64,000 nt of DNA from Coriobacteriia bacterium (GCA_014859265.1 JACUUN010000250.1:1240-65239); one strand, 5' to 3'. Positions 38,152 through 47,467 are shown, numbered from the stretch's first letter. Numbers and translations: made by a program. The notes: a model not told the origin generated them from the sequence alone.

Positions 38152-39840
38152 TCAGATCTTGCGTCCGACCATCTGCGCGAAATCGCGCGGGGCTTGGGCC
38201 TTACTGACGGCCTCCTCGAAGGTGACCTTGCCGGCCTGCAGCAACGTCTTGAGATGCTGATCGAGCGTCTGCATGCCGACCGACGCTCCGCCCTGGATGA
38301 TGGTCGACATCTGGTGGGTCTTGCCCTCGCGTATGAGATTGGAGATGGCCGGGACACCGAGCATGATCTCCATAGCCATGACGCGGGTCCTGCCATCGGT
38401 CGCCCGCAGGAGGACCTGCGAGAGCACTCCCTCGAGGGTCCCCGACAACTGCATGCGAACCTGCTGCTGCTGGTGCGGCGGAAAGACATCGATGATGCGG
38501 TCAACCGTGGCAGGACCACCGGTAGTGTGCAGGGTTGCCAGAACGAGGTGACCGGTCTCGGCTGCGGTAATCGCGGCCGCGATCGTCTCGAGGTCGCGCA
38601 TCTCACCGACGAGAATCACGTCGGGATCCTGACGCAGCACGCGCTTCAAGGCAGCGGCGAAGGAGTGGGTATCCTCTCCTACCTCGCGCTGGTTGACGTA
38701 CGAGCGCTTGTTGCGGTGCATGAACTCGATCGGATCCTCGAGCGTGACGATGTGGAGCGGGCGGGTCTCATTGATGTGGTCGATCATCGCCGCCAGAGTG
38801 GTGGACTTACCGGAGCCCGTCGGGCCCGTCACGAGCACGAGGCCCCGGGGTCGGTCCGCGAGGAAGCGGCAGACCTTGGGCAAGCCCAGATCTTCGAGTG
38901 TCGGGATTTTGAGAGGGATAACGCGAAAGACCGCTCCCATGGAGTTACGCTGCTGGAAGACGTTGGCGCGAAAGCGCGACACGCCCGGAATGCTGTATGC
39001 GAAGTCTAGTTCAAGTTCGGTTTCGAAGCGGCGGCGCTGTTCTTCGGAGAGCAGGTTCAGGATCATCTCCATCGTGTCGCGCTGCCGCAACGGTTCGGTG
39101 TTCTCGAGGGGCACGATCTCGCCCCGAAGCCTGATTCCGGGCGGGCTGCCGACCGTCAGATGAAGGTCCGATCCGCCCCGGTCGATCATAATGCACAGGA
39201 GATCGTCTATGTGTGGGATACCCGATTCCTGCTGGTCCTCCCCTACCACAGCCACTTCGGGCATGTAGGGAGAATCGACCGGGTCGGCGAGTGGCGCGGC
39301 GGGTCTGAGCAGCTCCCCGGCCTCCGGCTCGTACGAAGGAGACATCTGTGAAGCTGGCGGCGATACGCGGGCTCCGCGCGAAGGTGTGACGGCACCCGCA
39401 GTCGCTGCCGTCTCGGCCTCGACTCCCACGGGGACGGGAACCGGCTGCTGTGCGGGGGCGGAACCCATGCCCGCGAGTGACACGATCTTGGCCGTGATGG
39501 CCTCGATCGGGCCACTGGCCGACAGATGCGCCGCAGCACCGACCTGGCGGGCTTTGAGTGCCGAGGCCTCGGTCGGGTTGAGGCTGATAATCACAACCGG
39601 TACCTGGGCGGTGTCCGGATTCTCTTTCAGCTGCTGGGTCAGCGAGTAGCCGTCGATGCCGACAAGTTCGGCGTCGACCACGATGACATCGGCGTGTTGT
39701 GTCGACATAATGCCGAGTGCTCGCGGTCCCCCGATCGCGCTCACGATCTCAATGGCTGCCCCCGTCGCAACGAGGGACGCCCGCATCCGGTCGACCAACG
39801 CCGCATCATCGTGGACTATGAGCACCTTCTTGGATGCCAT
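38152..39840 (-). CDS. pilT: PilT-type ATPase with an N-terminal receiver-like domain
   Basis: ATG 39840 with GAGGAGGAGG RBS; REC (VLIVHDD...IVVD), Pro/Ala linker, SDLHL, GPTGSGKST, LEDPIE, LRQDPDVILVGEMRD, TGHLVLATLHT, AISNLIRE. Confidence 0.9.
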   Translation of the reverse strand: MASKKVLIVHDDAALVDRMRASLVATGAAIEIVSAIGGPRALGIMSTQHADVIVVDAELVGIDGYSLTQQLKENPDTAQVPVVIISLNPTEASALKARQVGAAAHLSASGPIEAITAKIVSLAGMGSAPAQQPVPVPVGVEAETAATAGAVTPSRGARVSPPASQMSPSYEPEAGELLRPAAPLADPVDSPYMPEVAVVGEDQQESGIPHIDDLLCIMIDRGGSDLHLTVGSPPGIRLRGEIVPLENTEPLRQRDTMEMILNLLSEEQRRRFETELELDFAYSIPGVSRFRANVFQQRNSMGAVFRVIPLKIPTLEDLGLPKVCRFLADRPRGLVLVTGPTGSGKSTTLAAMIDHINETRPLHIVTLEDPIEFMHRNKRSYVNQREVGEDTHSFAAALKRVLRQDPDVILVGEMRDLETIAAAITAAETGHLVLATLHTTGGPATVDRIIDVFPPHQQQQVRMQLSGTLEGVLSQVLLRATDGRTRVMAMEIMLGVPAISNLIREGKTHQMSTIIQGGASVGMQTLDQHLKTLLQAGKVTFEEAVSKAQAPRDFAQMVGRKI

Positions 39841-40005
39841 TACCTCGAAACCTCCTCCTCGGGGCCGCATCGAACTCCTGGCGGCCTCCTTCACTATAGC
39901 TCCTTCGAGTATCGGCATGACCGCCCCGATGCTTCAGTCCTGCCTGCACATGCCTTCCGGGTGGTGCGCTACGATATCCGAGTCGCCTGCCGAAAGGATA
40001 GCGTC

Positions 40006-41310
40006 TTGCGCGTCAGCATCGAGTCACTCGCGCATGGGGGTGACGCAATCGCACGGCTGGATGATGGCCGGGTCGCCTTCGTGCGCGGTGGATGCCCTGG
40101 TGACATCGCCGATATCGAGATCGTTGCCGATCATGGGAACCGCGTCGACGCACGCATCACTTCAGTCCTTGAGCCCTCGCCGGATCGCGTGGAGGCGCCG
40201 TGTCCCTACTTCGGCATGTGTGGCGGATGTCAGTGGCAGCACATCTCTGACGACGTGCAGCGTACCGCAAAGGCTCGCATCGTCTCCGACGCGTTCAGCA
40301 GAATCGCCAAGCTCCCGGTCGACGTGCCCCCAATCGTCGCGGCGTCCGCGACGTACGGCTATCGCAACAGAATGGAGTTCGTCGCCGAGGAAGCGGCCGC
40401 TGGCCTGCGTCTCGGCCTCCACCAGCTGGGAGAACCCTCACTCGTGCCGATCGACCGCTGCCTCCTGCTGCCAGATCGCACCCGGGACGCACCCCGCGCG
40501 CTGGCAGGAGCCCTCCGGTACCTCTCGGGAAGGCACAGCCATCTCGGGCTTCGCCGGGTCGGAATCCGTATCTCACATCACGGGCACGACCTGCAAGTGG
40601 CACTCTGGACCGAGCCAGGGCCCTTCCCGCGACAGCTGGTGGCCAAGGCCCTTGCCGACGCGGTCGGCGCAACCAGCGTGGTTCGCGTGCTGGTGAAGGG
40701 ACCGGACAAGGAGCGGGCCGTCGCCGGCGTGGAAGTACTTCGTGGCCGTGGGCACTGGATAGAACGGCTCGCCGGTAACAGGATGTCCGTCTCGGCTCCA
40801 TCGTTCTTCCAGATAAATACTGCTGCGGCTGAGATCTTGGTCGGGTCCGTTCTCGCGGCGATCGAACCGCAGGAGGACGATCGTGTGCTCGACCTTTACT
40901 CCGGCGTCGGCACCTTCACCGTGCCGCTCGCAAACCGGGCCGCCGAAGTGGTCGCCGTCGAGGGCTCTCGCCACACACTCGCTGACCTGCGCCGAAACCT
41001 TGAGACGGCCGGTGTGTCAGCTGACATCGTGGGCGGGGACGTGGCCCGTGAGCTTGCATCACTGGGCACCTTCGACCTTGCCGTCGTCGACCCGCCGCGC
41101 TCCGGCCTGCACCCCGACACTCTCACCGCCCTCGCGGGCACGGAAGCGCGCACGATCGCGTACGTGTCGTGTGACCCGGCAACGCTCGCCAGAGATGCGG
41201 CGCGGTTGACCGCAAGCGGGTATGAGTTGATGGGCGCGACCCCCCACGACCTGTTCCCGCAGACCTACCATGTGGAGAGTGTAGCCATCTTTGGACGCGT
41301 CGACGGCTAG
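40006..41310 (+). CDS. rlmD: 23S rRNA m5U methyltransferase RlmD/TrmA family with TRAM domain
   Basis: TTG 40006 with AAAGGA RBS; CPYFGMCGGCQWQH, SFFQIN, VLDLYSGVG, VDPPRSG, YVSCDPATLARD, DLFPQTYHVE. Confidence 0.92.
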   Translation: MRVSIESLAHGGDAIARLDDGRVAFVRGGCPGDIADIEIVADHGNRVDARITSVLEPSPDRVEAPCPYFGMCGGCQWQHISDDVQRTAKARIVSDAFSRIAKLPVDVPPIVAASATYGYRNRMEFVAEEAAAGLRLGLHQLGEPSLVPIDRCLLLPDRTRDAPRALAGALRYLSGRHSHLGLRRVGIRISHHGHDLQVALWTEPGPFPRQLVAKALADAVGATSVVRVLVKGPDKERAVAGVEVLRGRGHWIERLAGNRMSVSAPSFFQINTAAAEILVGSVLAAIEPQEDDRVLDLYSGVGTFTVPLANRAAEVVAVEGSRHTLADLRRNLETAGVSADIVGGDVARELASLGTFDLAVVDPPRSGLHPDTLTALAGTEARTIAYVSCDPATLARDAARLTASGYELMGATPHDLFPQTYHVESVAIFGRVDG

Positions 41311-41534
41311 ACGAGGCGTCCGACCTCGGGGAAGTCCACGATGTACTCATCGTGTGGAGCATCGGCGTGCTCGTCGGTGAGGTCGGCACCGGCGTCGTGC
41401 ATCGCCTCGTGCTCGCCCTCTCCCCACATCGCACTCTCGGTCACGTCATATACGACACCTTTGAACGCCACGTAGGCTGGTTGGCCGTCCTTGCCGTTGT
41501 AGCGGGCCAACTCTTCGAGGGTGAAATCCTTCAT
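41307..41534 (-). CDS. Small cytochrome b5-like heme/steroid-binding protein
   Basis: MKDFTLEELARYNGKDGQPAYVAFKGVVYDVT...HDAGADLT...APH; GGAGG RBS. Confidence 0.9.
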   Translation of the reverse strand: MKDFTLEELARYNGKDGQPAYVAFKGVVYDVTESAMWGEGEHEAMHDAGADLTDEHADAPHDEYIVDFPEVGRLV

Positions 41535-41565
41535 GATGCCTCCGTCGGTCGGGTTCCTATTGCCT

Positions 41566-41594
41566 GGTATATCTCCCCGGAGAGACGGTGACAA
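41566..41594 (-). promoter_or_regulatory. Promoter for the cytochrome b5-like gene
   Basis: TTGTCA (41594-41589), 17-nt spacer, TATACC (41571-41566). Confidence 0.55.
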
Positions 41595-41654
41595 AACCAC
41601 AAGTGAGCCCGCGTGAGCGAATCTGGTTCGGAGCAGCGAGCATGGTTGGCGAGA

Positions 41655-42353
41655 TCACCGGGCGGCGATCTCGCCCCGCATTCTCTCCAGATCGACGAGT
41701 ATCGTCCTGCCGCGCACCGTCACAACACCGTCCCGGGTCAAAGAGGAGATGACCCGGCTAGCGGTCTCACGCGAGGTGCCGGCGAGTGTCGCGATATCAT
41801 AGTGGGTGAACCCAGATATGACCGGCATGCCAGTCATATCGTTGCGCGCCGTCGCCATGTTCAACATCACCCTGATGACCCTGTGGGCGGCGTCGTGAAA
41901 CGTCAGGTTCTCGAGGCGCTCTATAGTCTCCCGCAAACGGTGCGAAAGGGCCGCGATAAGTGAGACCGCGAGGCGTGGCTGGAAGCGGATCGCTCTTTCC
42001 AGGTCACGCGCGTCAAGTGTGAGGACCTCCGCGTCGGTGATCGCCACCACGTCAGCCATGTGGGGCTGACGATCTATGAGACTCGTCTCACCGAAGTGGG
42101 CAGGTGCGTCAAAATGGCCGAGGACCAGTTCCTTGCCGTCCGGCGACGCTATGGTCTGCTTCACGCGGCCAGCGGTCAGCAGGTAGAAGGCCGTGCAGGG
42201 CTCACCCCGTGATGCGATGAACGCACCCCGCGGGTAGCGCCGGGTACAGAGCATCCCGGTGATCTCCTCGAGGTCCGAGGTCGGCAGAGCTGCGAACATG
42301 GGGAAGGTACCTAATTTCCCCACCGCGCTCTGGGTCACTGTGGTGTTTCTCAT
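41655..42353 (-). CDS. Crp/Fnr family transcriptional regulator
   Basis: cNMP-like domain (HFGETSL) and HTH THYDIATLAGTSRETASRVI; no FNR N-terminal Cys cluster. Confidence 0.93.
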   Translation of the reverse strand: MRNTTVTQSAVGKLGTFPMFAALPTSDLEEITGMLCTRRYPRGAFIASRGEPCTAFYLLTAGRVKQTIASPDGKELVLGHFDAPAHFGETSLIDRQPHMADVVAITDAEVLTLDARDLERAIRFQPRLAVSLIAALSHRLRETIERLENLTFHDAAHRVIRVMLNMATARNDMTGMPVISGFTHYDIATLAGTSRETASRVISSLTRDGVVTVRGRTILVDLERMRGEIAAR

Positions 42354-42404
42354 GTCAGGACTATCGGCGCGCGCCCCCTGTGCCTTGAGGGAGGGAGGGC
42401 GGTA

Positions 42405-45400
42405 CTACATCTCTGCCAGCGCCTTCTCCTGACACCCCCTGCGGATGCACTCGATCAGGCGCGGCGCGATGTGAGGGATGAGCTCGGGCAGATAGGCCGG
42501 CATGAGCGATTCCATCGTCTTCGGGAGTAGATCGGGAATGAGTTCCTCCATGTCGTCGGGCATGAGACCGATGTAGTCCTGCACCGCAGCGACCATGTCG
42601 GGCATGACCTTCTTCATGATGCCGTCCACGAGCAGCGGGAAGAGCACCGGCATCATCTTTTCCATGAGCGCCAGCCCGCCGGGGACATGACGCATCGAGA
42701 GCATCATCGGCTTCATGCCCAACGGCATCGCGTCCATCATCTGAGGGAAGATGCCCTCCATGAGGGCTGCCATGTTCTCGGGCTGCATGAGCACGATGAA
42801 CTTCTCGAAGTAGCTCCAGTAGTACATCGATTGCTCGGTCGTCTCTGGAATCTCGTAGCCGGCAGCCTGTGCGACAACGCGCGAAAGGTCGTCGATCTTC
42901 AGTCCGAGGTCGTTCTTGATGTTGCTGTCGCGCAGCTGGACCTGACAGCACGGGCACAGCGCGACGACGGTGTCGGCCTCGACGTCGACCGCCTCCTGTA
43001 GGCGCTGTCTGCCGAGGATCGGCGCGACCGGCATCTCACCGACGAGTGTCAGGACCGAGCCGCAACAGTAGCCTTCTTCGCGGTTGTGCTCCATCTCTAC
43101 GTAGTCGACACCGGGAATCGCCTTGAGCATCTCGCGCGGTGGCTCGTAAAGCCCTTGTGCGCGACCCGCATGACACGAGTCGTGGAAGGTAATGCGTCCT
43201 TCGATCGGGTTCTTGAGCTCGAGTCGCCCGTCGCCGAGAGCCTCGCTCACCAGTTCGGAGTAGTGCTTGACCTCAAACTCGTAGGGCTCGCCACGCTCGG
43301 CAGCGAGACCCGCGTAGACTTCTTTCCAGACGAGCGCGCACGCTGGGCATGACGTCACGATGGTCTTCGCCCCGCGTTTGCGTGCCTCGGCAGTGTTGTG
43401 TTCGTAGATCTCCTCGAAGACGTCCCACTTGCCCGCGACCTTCATCGGTATGCCGCAGCATGCCTCGTCGGTGCCCATATAGGAGATGTCGTATCCGGCA
43501 TCGGTAAGCAGACGCACACTCGCCTCGGCGATATCGGTCTCGACGTAGCTCGCCGTGCACCCCGCGAAGTACATGAGTTCACCCGACTCCTTGAGCTTGG
43601 GCTTCACATCATCGGGGACCCAGTTCGCGCGGTTCTCACGCTTGCCCGCCCAGATGTCGTTCTCCCCCCGAAGCGAGGCCGCCATCATCTCGAACGGCGG
43701 GAAAGTGCCATGCTTCTCCTCGTGCACGAGCTTGCCTCGCATCGCCATCCAGTTGTGCTCGATGGGGAGTTGGAGCTGGCAACGGGTGTTGCAGACCTCG
43801 CATGTGGTGCAGACGAGGAAGGTGTCCACGGCGGTCCGGTCGAAGGCCTCCCGACCTCCCATGACCTCGCGCAAGTAGGCGTATTTGCCGCGTGGCGAGT
43901 GTGACTCCCAGCCGCGTCCTGTGTACTGCTCGCATGTGGGCACGCAGTAGCCACAACGGGCGCATGCGTAGGCCATGAAGGCAACGTCGCCCGGGATGCC
44001 GCGAACATCCTTGAGCTCACCGCTGCGAACCGGAGGCTTCGCGACGTTTGCGACGGGGCGGACGAGCGGCTCGAGCGCACCCGCGGTTCCCATCAGCAGA
44101 TCGAGGGCCCCGGTGCCGAGCACTTTGCCCGGGTTCATGATGCCCTTCGGGTCGACCTGGGACTTGAACGCCTTCAGCTCGCGCACCTTGTCCTCGCCGA
44201 GGACGCTTCCGGCCTCACGCCGGAAGTACAGACCTGTCGAGTAAGCGGAGCCCCCGTGAGCCTTTGCGATCCTGATAACCGAGAGCGAGAGGGCAAAGGC
44301 TACATTGAACGCGAACGAGCGCTCATCATGCGGGATGAATCCAAGCAGGACGACCTGATCGCCCTTCGCATGCATGCCCTCGAGGATGAACGACTGCTTG
44401 ATCTTCTCGTCGATCTCGCGGAGCACCGCGGGCAGTTCGGCGAGGGGCACGACGACCTCGGTGGGCACAAGTGACGGACCGATTCGCTTGAGTCGCATCG
44501 GAGCGAAGCGGACCTCCCACTCGTGCTCCGCTACCTCGGGACCGAGGTCAGTACCCCCGCTCGAGCGCACGAGTGCCTCGAGGCGCTGGTCGACTGACGG
44601 TCTGCGCGACTCGGGATACGCCATGACGGCGATGTAGGCCTCGGGCAACTCCGGTTCGAAGTGCGGATGGAGCTCCTCGTACGGATGGCCGTGCCGGTGA
44701 GGCAACTGCTTCTTGAGCCGCACAGACTCGGGGTTCAGGAAGGTGATCGACCACAACGGCAGATTCTCAGCAGAGATGTGAGAGAGCACCTGTCCAAGCG
44801 CCTTAACGTCAGGAAAGGCGAAGACGCGGTGGACCTCGGGCTCGAGCGGGCGGATCCGAAAGGTAAGCTCGGTGATGATGCCGGTGATACCTTCGGCATC
44901 TGCAACGAACCGTTCGAGCTCCGCACCCCTGAACTCACGCACGCGTCCGCCCGGGAGCACGACCCGCGCCGAAACAACATTCTCCTTGAAGGTGCCGTAC
45001 TCGTACGACCCGAACCCCGCGCCGCCCTGCGCGAGCCAGCCTGCGGCACCCGAGCTCGGAGTTGAAGAGGGATAGAGCCTCAGAGCGAGGCCGTCCTTCC
45101 CGAGCTCCCGCTCTATCTCCTCCCACACAGCCGATGGCTCGACCGTCGCCGTCATCTCCACCCTGTCGACTCCGAGCACCCTGTGCATGCCTGACATATC
45201 CGCGACCACAGCGCCACGACTCGGAAGGACTCCGCCGTAGCCGGATGTAGCCCAGCCGCGCGGGACAACCTTGAGCCCCTCGCGGTCGGCAAGCTCGAGG
45301 AGCGCGATGACCTCGGCTTCGGTCTTCGGCCGTACGACCGCCCCGGCCGTACCCGCGGGCACGAAAGGCTTCACAAGCCTCGGCATCACTCCGATGTCGA

Positions 45401-45494
45401 AGGAGTACATCTTGCGCTCGACGCGACCGGTGCGCACCCGGTCGCCGAAGACCTCCCGGAGGAACTCCTCGATACGCTTGCTCACTGGTGCCAT
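42405..45494 (-). CDS. FAD-binding plus (Fe-S)/CCG-domain oxidoreductase (GlcD-GlcF/HdrD-like fusion) with a Met-rich tail
   Basis: PCMH-type FAD domain (GITGIITE, DPKGIMNPGK), CARCGYCVPTC, CTTCEVCNTRC, ACCGIP, SCPAC, TFHDSCH, CCGS, LCPCC. Confidence 0.88.
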   Translation of the reverse strand: MAPVSKRIEEFLREVFGDRVRTGRVERKMYSFDIGVMPRLVKPFVPAGTAGAVVRPKTEAEVIALLELADREGLKVVPRGWATSGYGGVLPSRGAVVADMSGMHRVLGVDRVEMTATVEPSAVWEEIERELGKDGLALRLYPSSTPSSGAAGWLAQGGAGFGSYEYGTFKENVVSARVVLPGGRVREFRGAELERFVADAEGITGIITELTFRIRPLEPEVHRVFAFPDVKALGQVLSHISAENLPLWSITFLNPESVRLKKQLPHRHGHPYEELHPHFEPELPEAYIAVMAYPESRRPSVDQRLEALVRSSGGTDLGPEVAEHEWEVRFAPMRLKRIGPSLVPTEVVVPLAELPAVLREIDEKIKQSFILEGMHAKGDQVVLLGFIPHDERSFAFNVAFALSLSVIRIAKAHGGSAYSTGLYFRREAGSVLGEDKVRELKAFKSQVDPKGIMNPGKVLGTGALDLLMGTAGALEPLVRPVANVAKPPVRSGELKDVRGIPGDVAFMAYACARCGYCVPTCEQYTGRGWESHSPRGKYAYLREVMGGREAFDRTAVDTFLVCTTCEVCNTRCQLQLPIEHNWMAMRGKLVHEEKHGTFPPFEMMAASLRGENDIWAGKRENRANWVPDDVKPKLKESGELMYFAGCTASYVETDIAEASVRLLTDAGYDISYMGTDEACCGIPMKVAGKWDVFEEIYEHNTAEARKRGAKTIVTSCPACALVWKEVYAGLAAERGEPYEFEVKHYSELVSEALGDGRLELKNPIEGRITFHDSCHAGRAQGLYEPPREMLKAIPGVDYVEMEHNREEGYCCGSVLTLVGEMPVAPILGRQRLQEAVDVEADTVVALCPCCQVQLRDSNIKNDLGLKIDDLSRVVAQAAGYEIPETTEQSMYYWSYFEKFIVLMQPENMAALMEGIFPQMMDAMPLGMKPMMLSMRHVPGGLALMEKMMPVLFPLLVDGIMKKVMPDMVAAVQDYIGLMPDDMEELIPDLLPKTMESLMPAYLPELIPHIAPRLIECIRRGCQEKALAEM

Positions 45495-45522
45495 TTCGTT
45501 CGCTCCTTACCGCGCGAGGCTT

Positions 45523-45615
45523 TGTGACGGACTTCACGATGATGGCCGCACCAACCCTTACGGGTATCTCTTGTGATGCCATGCCAAATATACCCCCACC
45601 GGTATGCCTGGTCAA
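45523..45615 (-). promoter_or_regulatory. Oxidoreductase promoter with a CRP-like box and two CsoR/RicR-like palindromes
   Basis: TTGACC (45615-45610) N17 TATATT (45592-45587); TGTGA-N6-TCACG (45523-45538); TACC-N6-GGTA (45591-45604); AACC-N6-GGTA (45553-45566). Confidence 0.6.
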
Positions 45616-45678
45616 CCTGTCGGTCCTGCGTGATACGATGGCGCGCGTAGTGTCACGCCCCGTTTGAGGAGGATCTTC

Positions 45679-46383
45679 GTGCACGGAATCCTGTTCGACC
45701 TCGACGGCACCCTCCTCGACATCGACATCGGGTCATTCCTCGAGAGATACTTCTCGGCCCTCGCGCGCACCATGGAGCCGCTGACAAGCGATCCCGAAGC
45801 TCTCGGCCACGCGATGAAGGCTCTGAATGTCGCCACGCACGCCATGATGCTTCCCCACCCCGGGCGCACCAACCAGGCTGTGTTCACCGAGGAGTTCCGC
45901 GCACGCACCGGTATCGACATCGAAGAGCACCGTGAAGTGTTCGAGCGTTTCTACGCCGAGGAATTCCCGCTGCTCGGGGATGGGTTCGGGCCTGTACCGG
46001 GCGCACGGGTGGCAATCGAGACAGCACTCGCCCTTGGCCTGAAGGTGGCTATCGCAACCAACCCCATATTCCCGCTGGCCGCCGTCGAGCACCGCATCGC
46101 CTGGGCGGGCCTCGATGACCTCCCGGTGAACGCCATCACGACCTATGAGACGATGCACGCATGCAAACCGCTTCCGGCGTACTTCTTAGAGACAGCCGAG
46201 CGAATCGGATCCAGTCCTGACCGATGCCTGATGGTTGGCGACGATCGCGAACTCGATCTTCCCGCTGCGGCGACCGGCATGCGCACCTACTATGTCGGCC
46301 CCGACGTAGATGTCGAGGCCGACTTCCGAGGGAGTCTTGTCGGCCTGGCGCGAGCCCTGCCGCAGCTCATCGAGGAGTGGTAG
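45679..46383 (+). CDS. HAD-superfamily hydrolase
   Basis: GTG 45679 with GAGGAGG RBS; LFDLDGTLL, IATNP, KPLPAYF, MVGDD. Confidence 0.92.
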   Translation: MHGILFDLDGTLLDIDIGSFLERYFSALARTMEPLTSDPEALGHAMKALNVATHAMMLPHPGRTNQAVFTEEFRARTGIDIEEHREVFERFYAEEFPLLGDGFGPVPGARVAIETALALGLKVAIATNPIFPLAAVEHRIAWAGLDDLPVNAITTYETMHACKPLPAYFLETAERIGSSPDRCLMVGDDRELDLPAAATGMRTYYVGPDVDVEADFRGSLVGLARALPQLIEEW

Positions 46384-46389
46384 CGCCCG

Positions 46390-46650
46390 CTAGAAGGCCT
46401 TGCGCCGGATCAGGGCAACCCACGCGCCGTCGAGACGCTGGTCGTAGAAGTACTCAAACTTCCCGCGGGTCTCCTTGCGCAGATCTATCTGATAGCCGAT
46501 GCCGGTAGGCTCATGGTCGGTCACGACCAGAAGGCTGTCGGGCGCGTCGAATTCAAGCATCTTGTCGATAACGCAGAAGACCAGCGGCCTGCGGAGGTCG
46601 GGCGTACAACCGCGCACGTCGAGCACAACCCCCTGTGAAGTGCTTGACAC
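46390..46650 (-). CDS. DUF2249-like small protein
   Basis: GTG 46650 with GGAGGGG RBS; LDVR...LLVVTDHEP..IGYQ...FEYFY...GAWVALIRR. Confidence 0.7.
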   Translation of the reverse strand: MSSTSQGVVLDVRGCTPDLRRPLVFCVIDKMLEFDAPDSLLVVTDHEPTGIGYQIDLRKETRGKFEYFYDQRLDGAWVALIRRKAF

Positions 46651-46713
46651 CTGGTCACCCCTCCGAGATCAGCCAGAGGCGCTGTTGCCCGTGGTCACTT
46701 CTTTGGTTCGGCG

Positions 46714-46914
46714 CTATGACCCGCCATCCTCCTCGTTCTCATACAGCTCTGCGAGGTCGGCACCGGCACAGTCCGCGGTCTCCCGTGGTGAGAGCGACTC
46801 CAGATCTGTGTCGCACCGCTCCCTGAATGCCTCTTCGTCCTCGCCCGGCAAGGGCGTGTCGGGTGCGTCGCCAAGTGAAGAACGCCGTTCCTCGTCTCGT
46901 GCCCCAGATAGCAT
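46714..46914 (-). CDS. Small acidic hypothetical protein (66 aa)
   Basis: AGGAG RBS 8 nt before the ATG; fills the gap upstream of the DUF2249-like gene; no recognisable family. Confidence 0.4.
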   Translation of the reverse strand: MLSGARDEERRSSLGDAPDTPLPGEDEEAFRERCDTDLESLSPRETADCAGADLAELYENEEDGGS

Positions 46915-47467
46915 GGCGCGCGCTCCTGTCCTTCGACGGCTCTCTGTCTCTTCTGTACGTCATTCCCATATTGGGCACGATTCTTAGCTCAAACAGCGTC
47001 GAATGGGTAGAATGGTTTCAGTTCGTGTGGACAGTCGTGCACTGCTTGCCTGGAGGATGCGCGACGGAGGTCAGCCGGAAAACTGGTGCTCTTCCACCTG
47101 GGGGTATCGGCACCCATGCATTGCTTCGCAATGTCAACCTCTGAGATCTGCTCGGACCGTGCGTCCGTGGCGCATGCTTGTGTTCCTCTTCAGGTCGCGT
47201 CGAGAGTCTCGGCACCTTCTCGAGGATTCCGCACACCCTCTCAGCACTTCCCTTACTCCCGGCCTGGGCAGCGTCGGCCATCTCGGCCACACACGCTCTG
47301 CTTGCGTATGGGCATATTACAGGACATCCAGGGCGATTCAGTTGTTCACAGGAAGGGGGTCTGAGCTGACGACGCCGTGACCATCGAGGGTACTTGACCG
47401 AAGCGTCGAGCCGCCCCGCGTGGCGAGACGCGCACAATGTCTGGATTCGAACAAGGAGGTGTATGGC

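Noticed and set aside
41588-41603. Second CRP-like box upstream of the cytochrome b5-like gene (GGTGA...CCACA)
   Set aside because: Wrong half-site spacing and two mismatches; better explained as the -35 region.
47306-47333. Possible NikR operator (GTATG half-site) before the hydrogenase
   Set aside because: No matching second half-site at the 16-nt spacing.
47003-47380. 125-aa ORF (also 47086-47364 and 46739-46978) in the hydrogenase upstream region
   Set aside because: No convincing RBS, Ser/Arg-rich composition typical of non-coding frames, no motifs.
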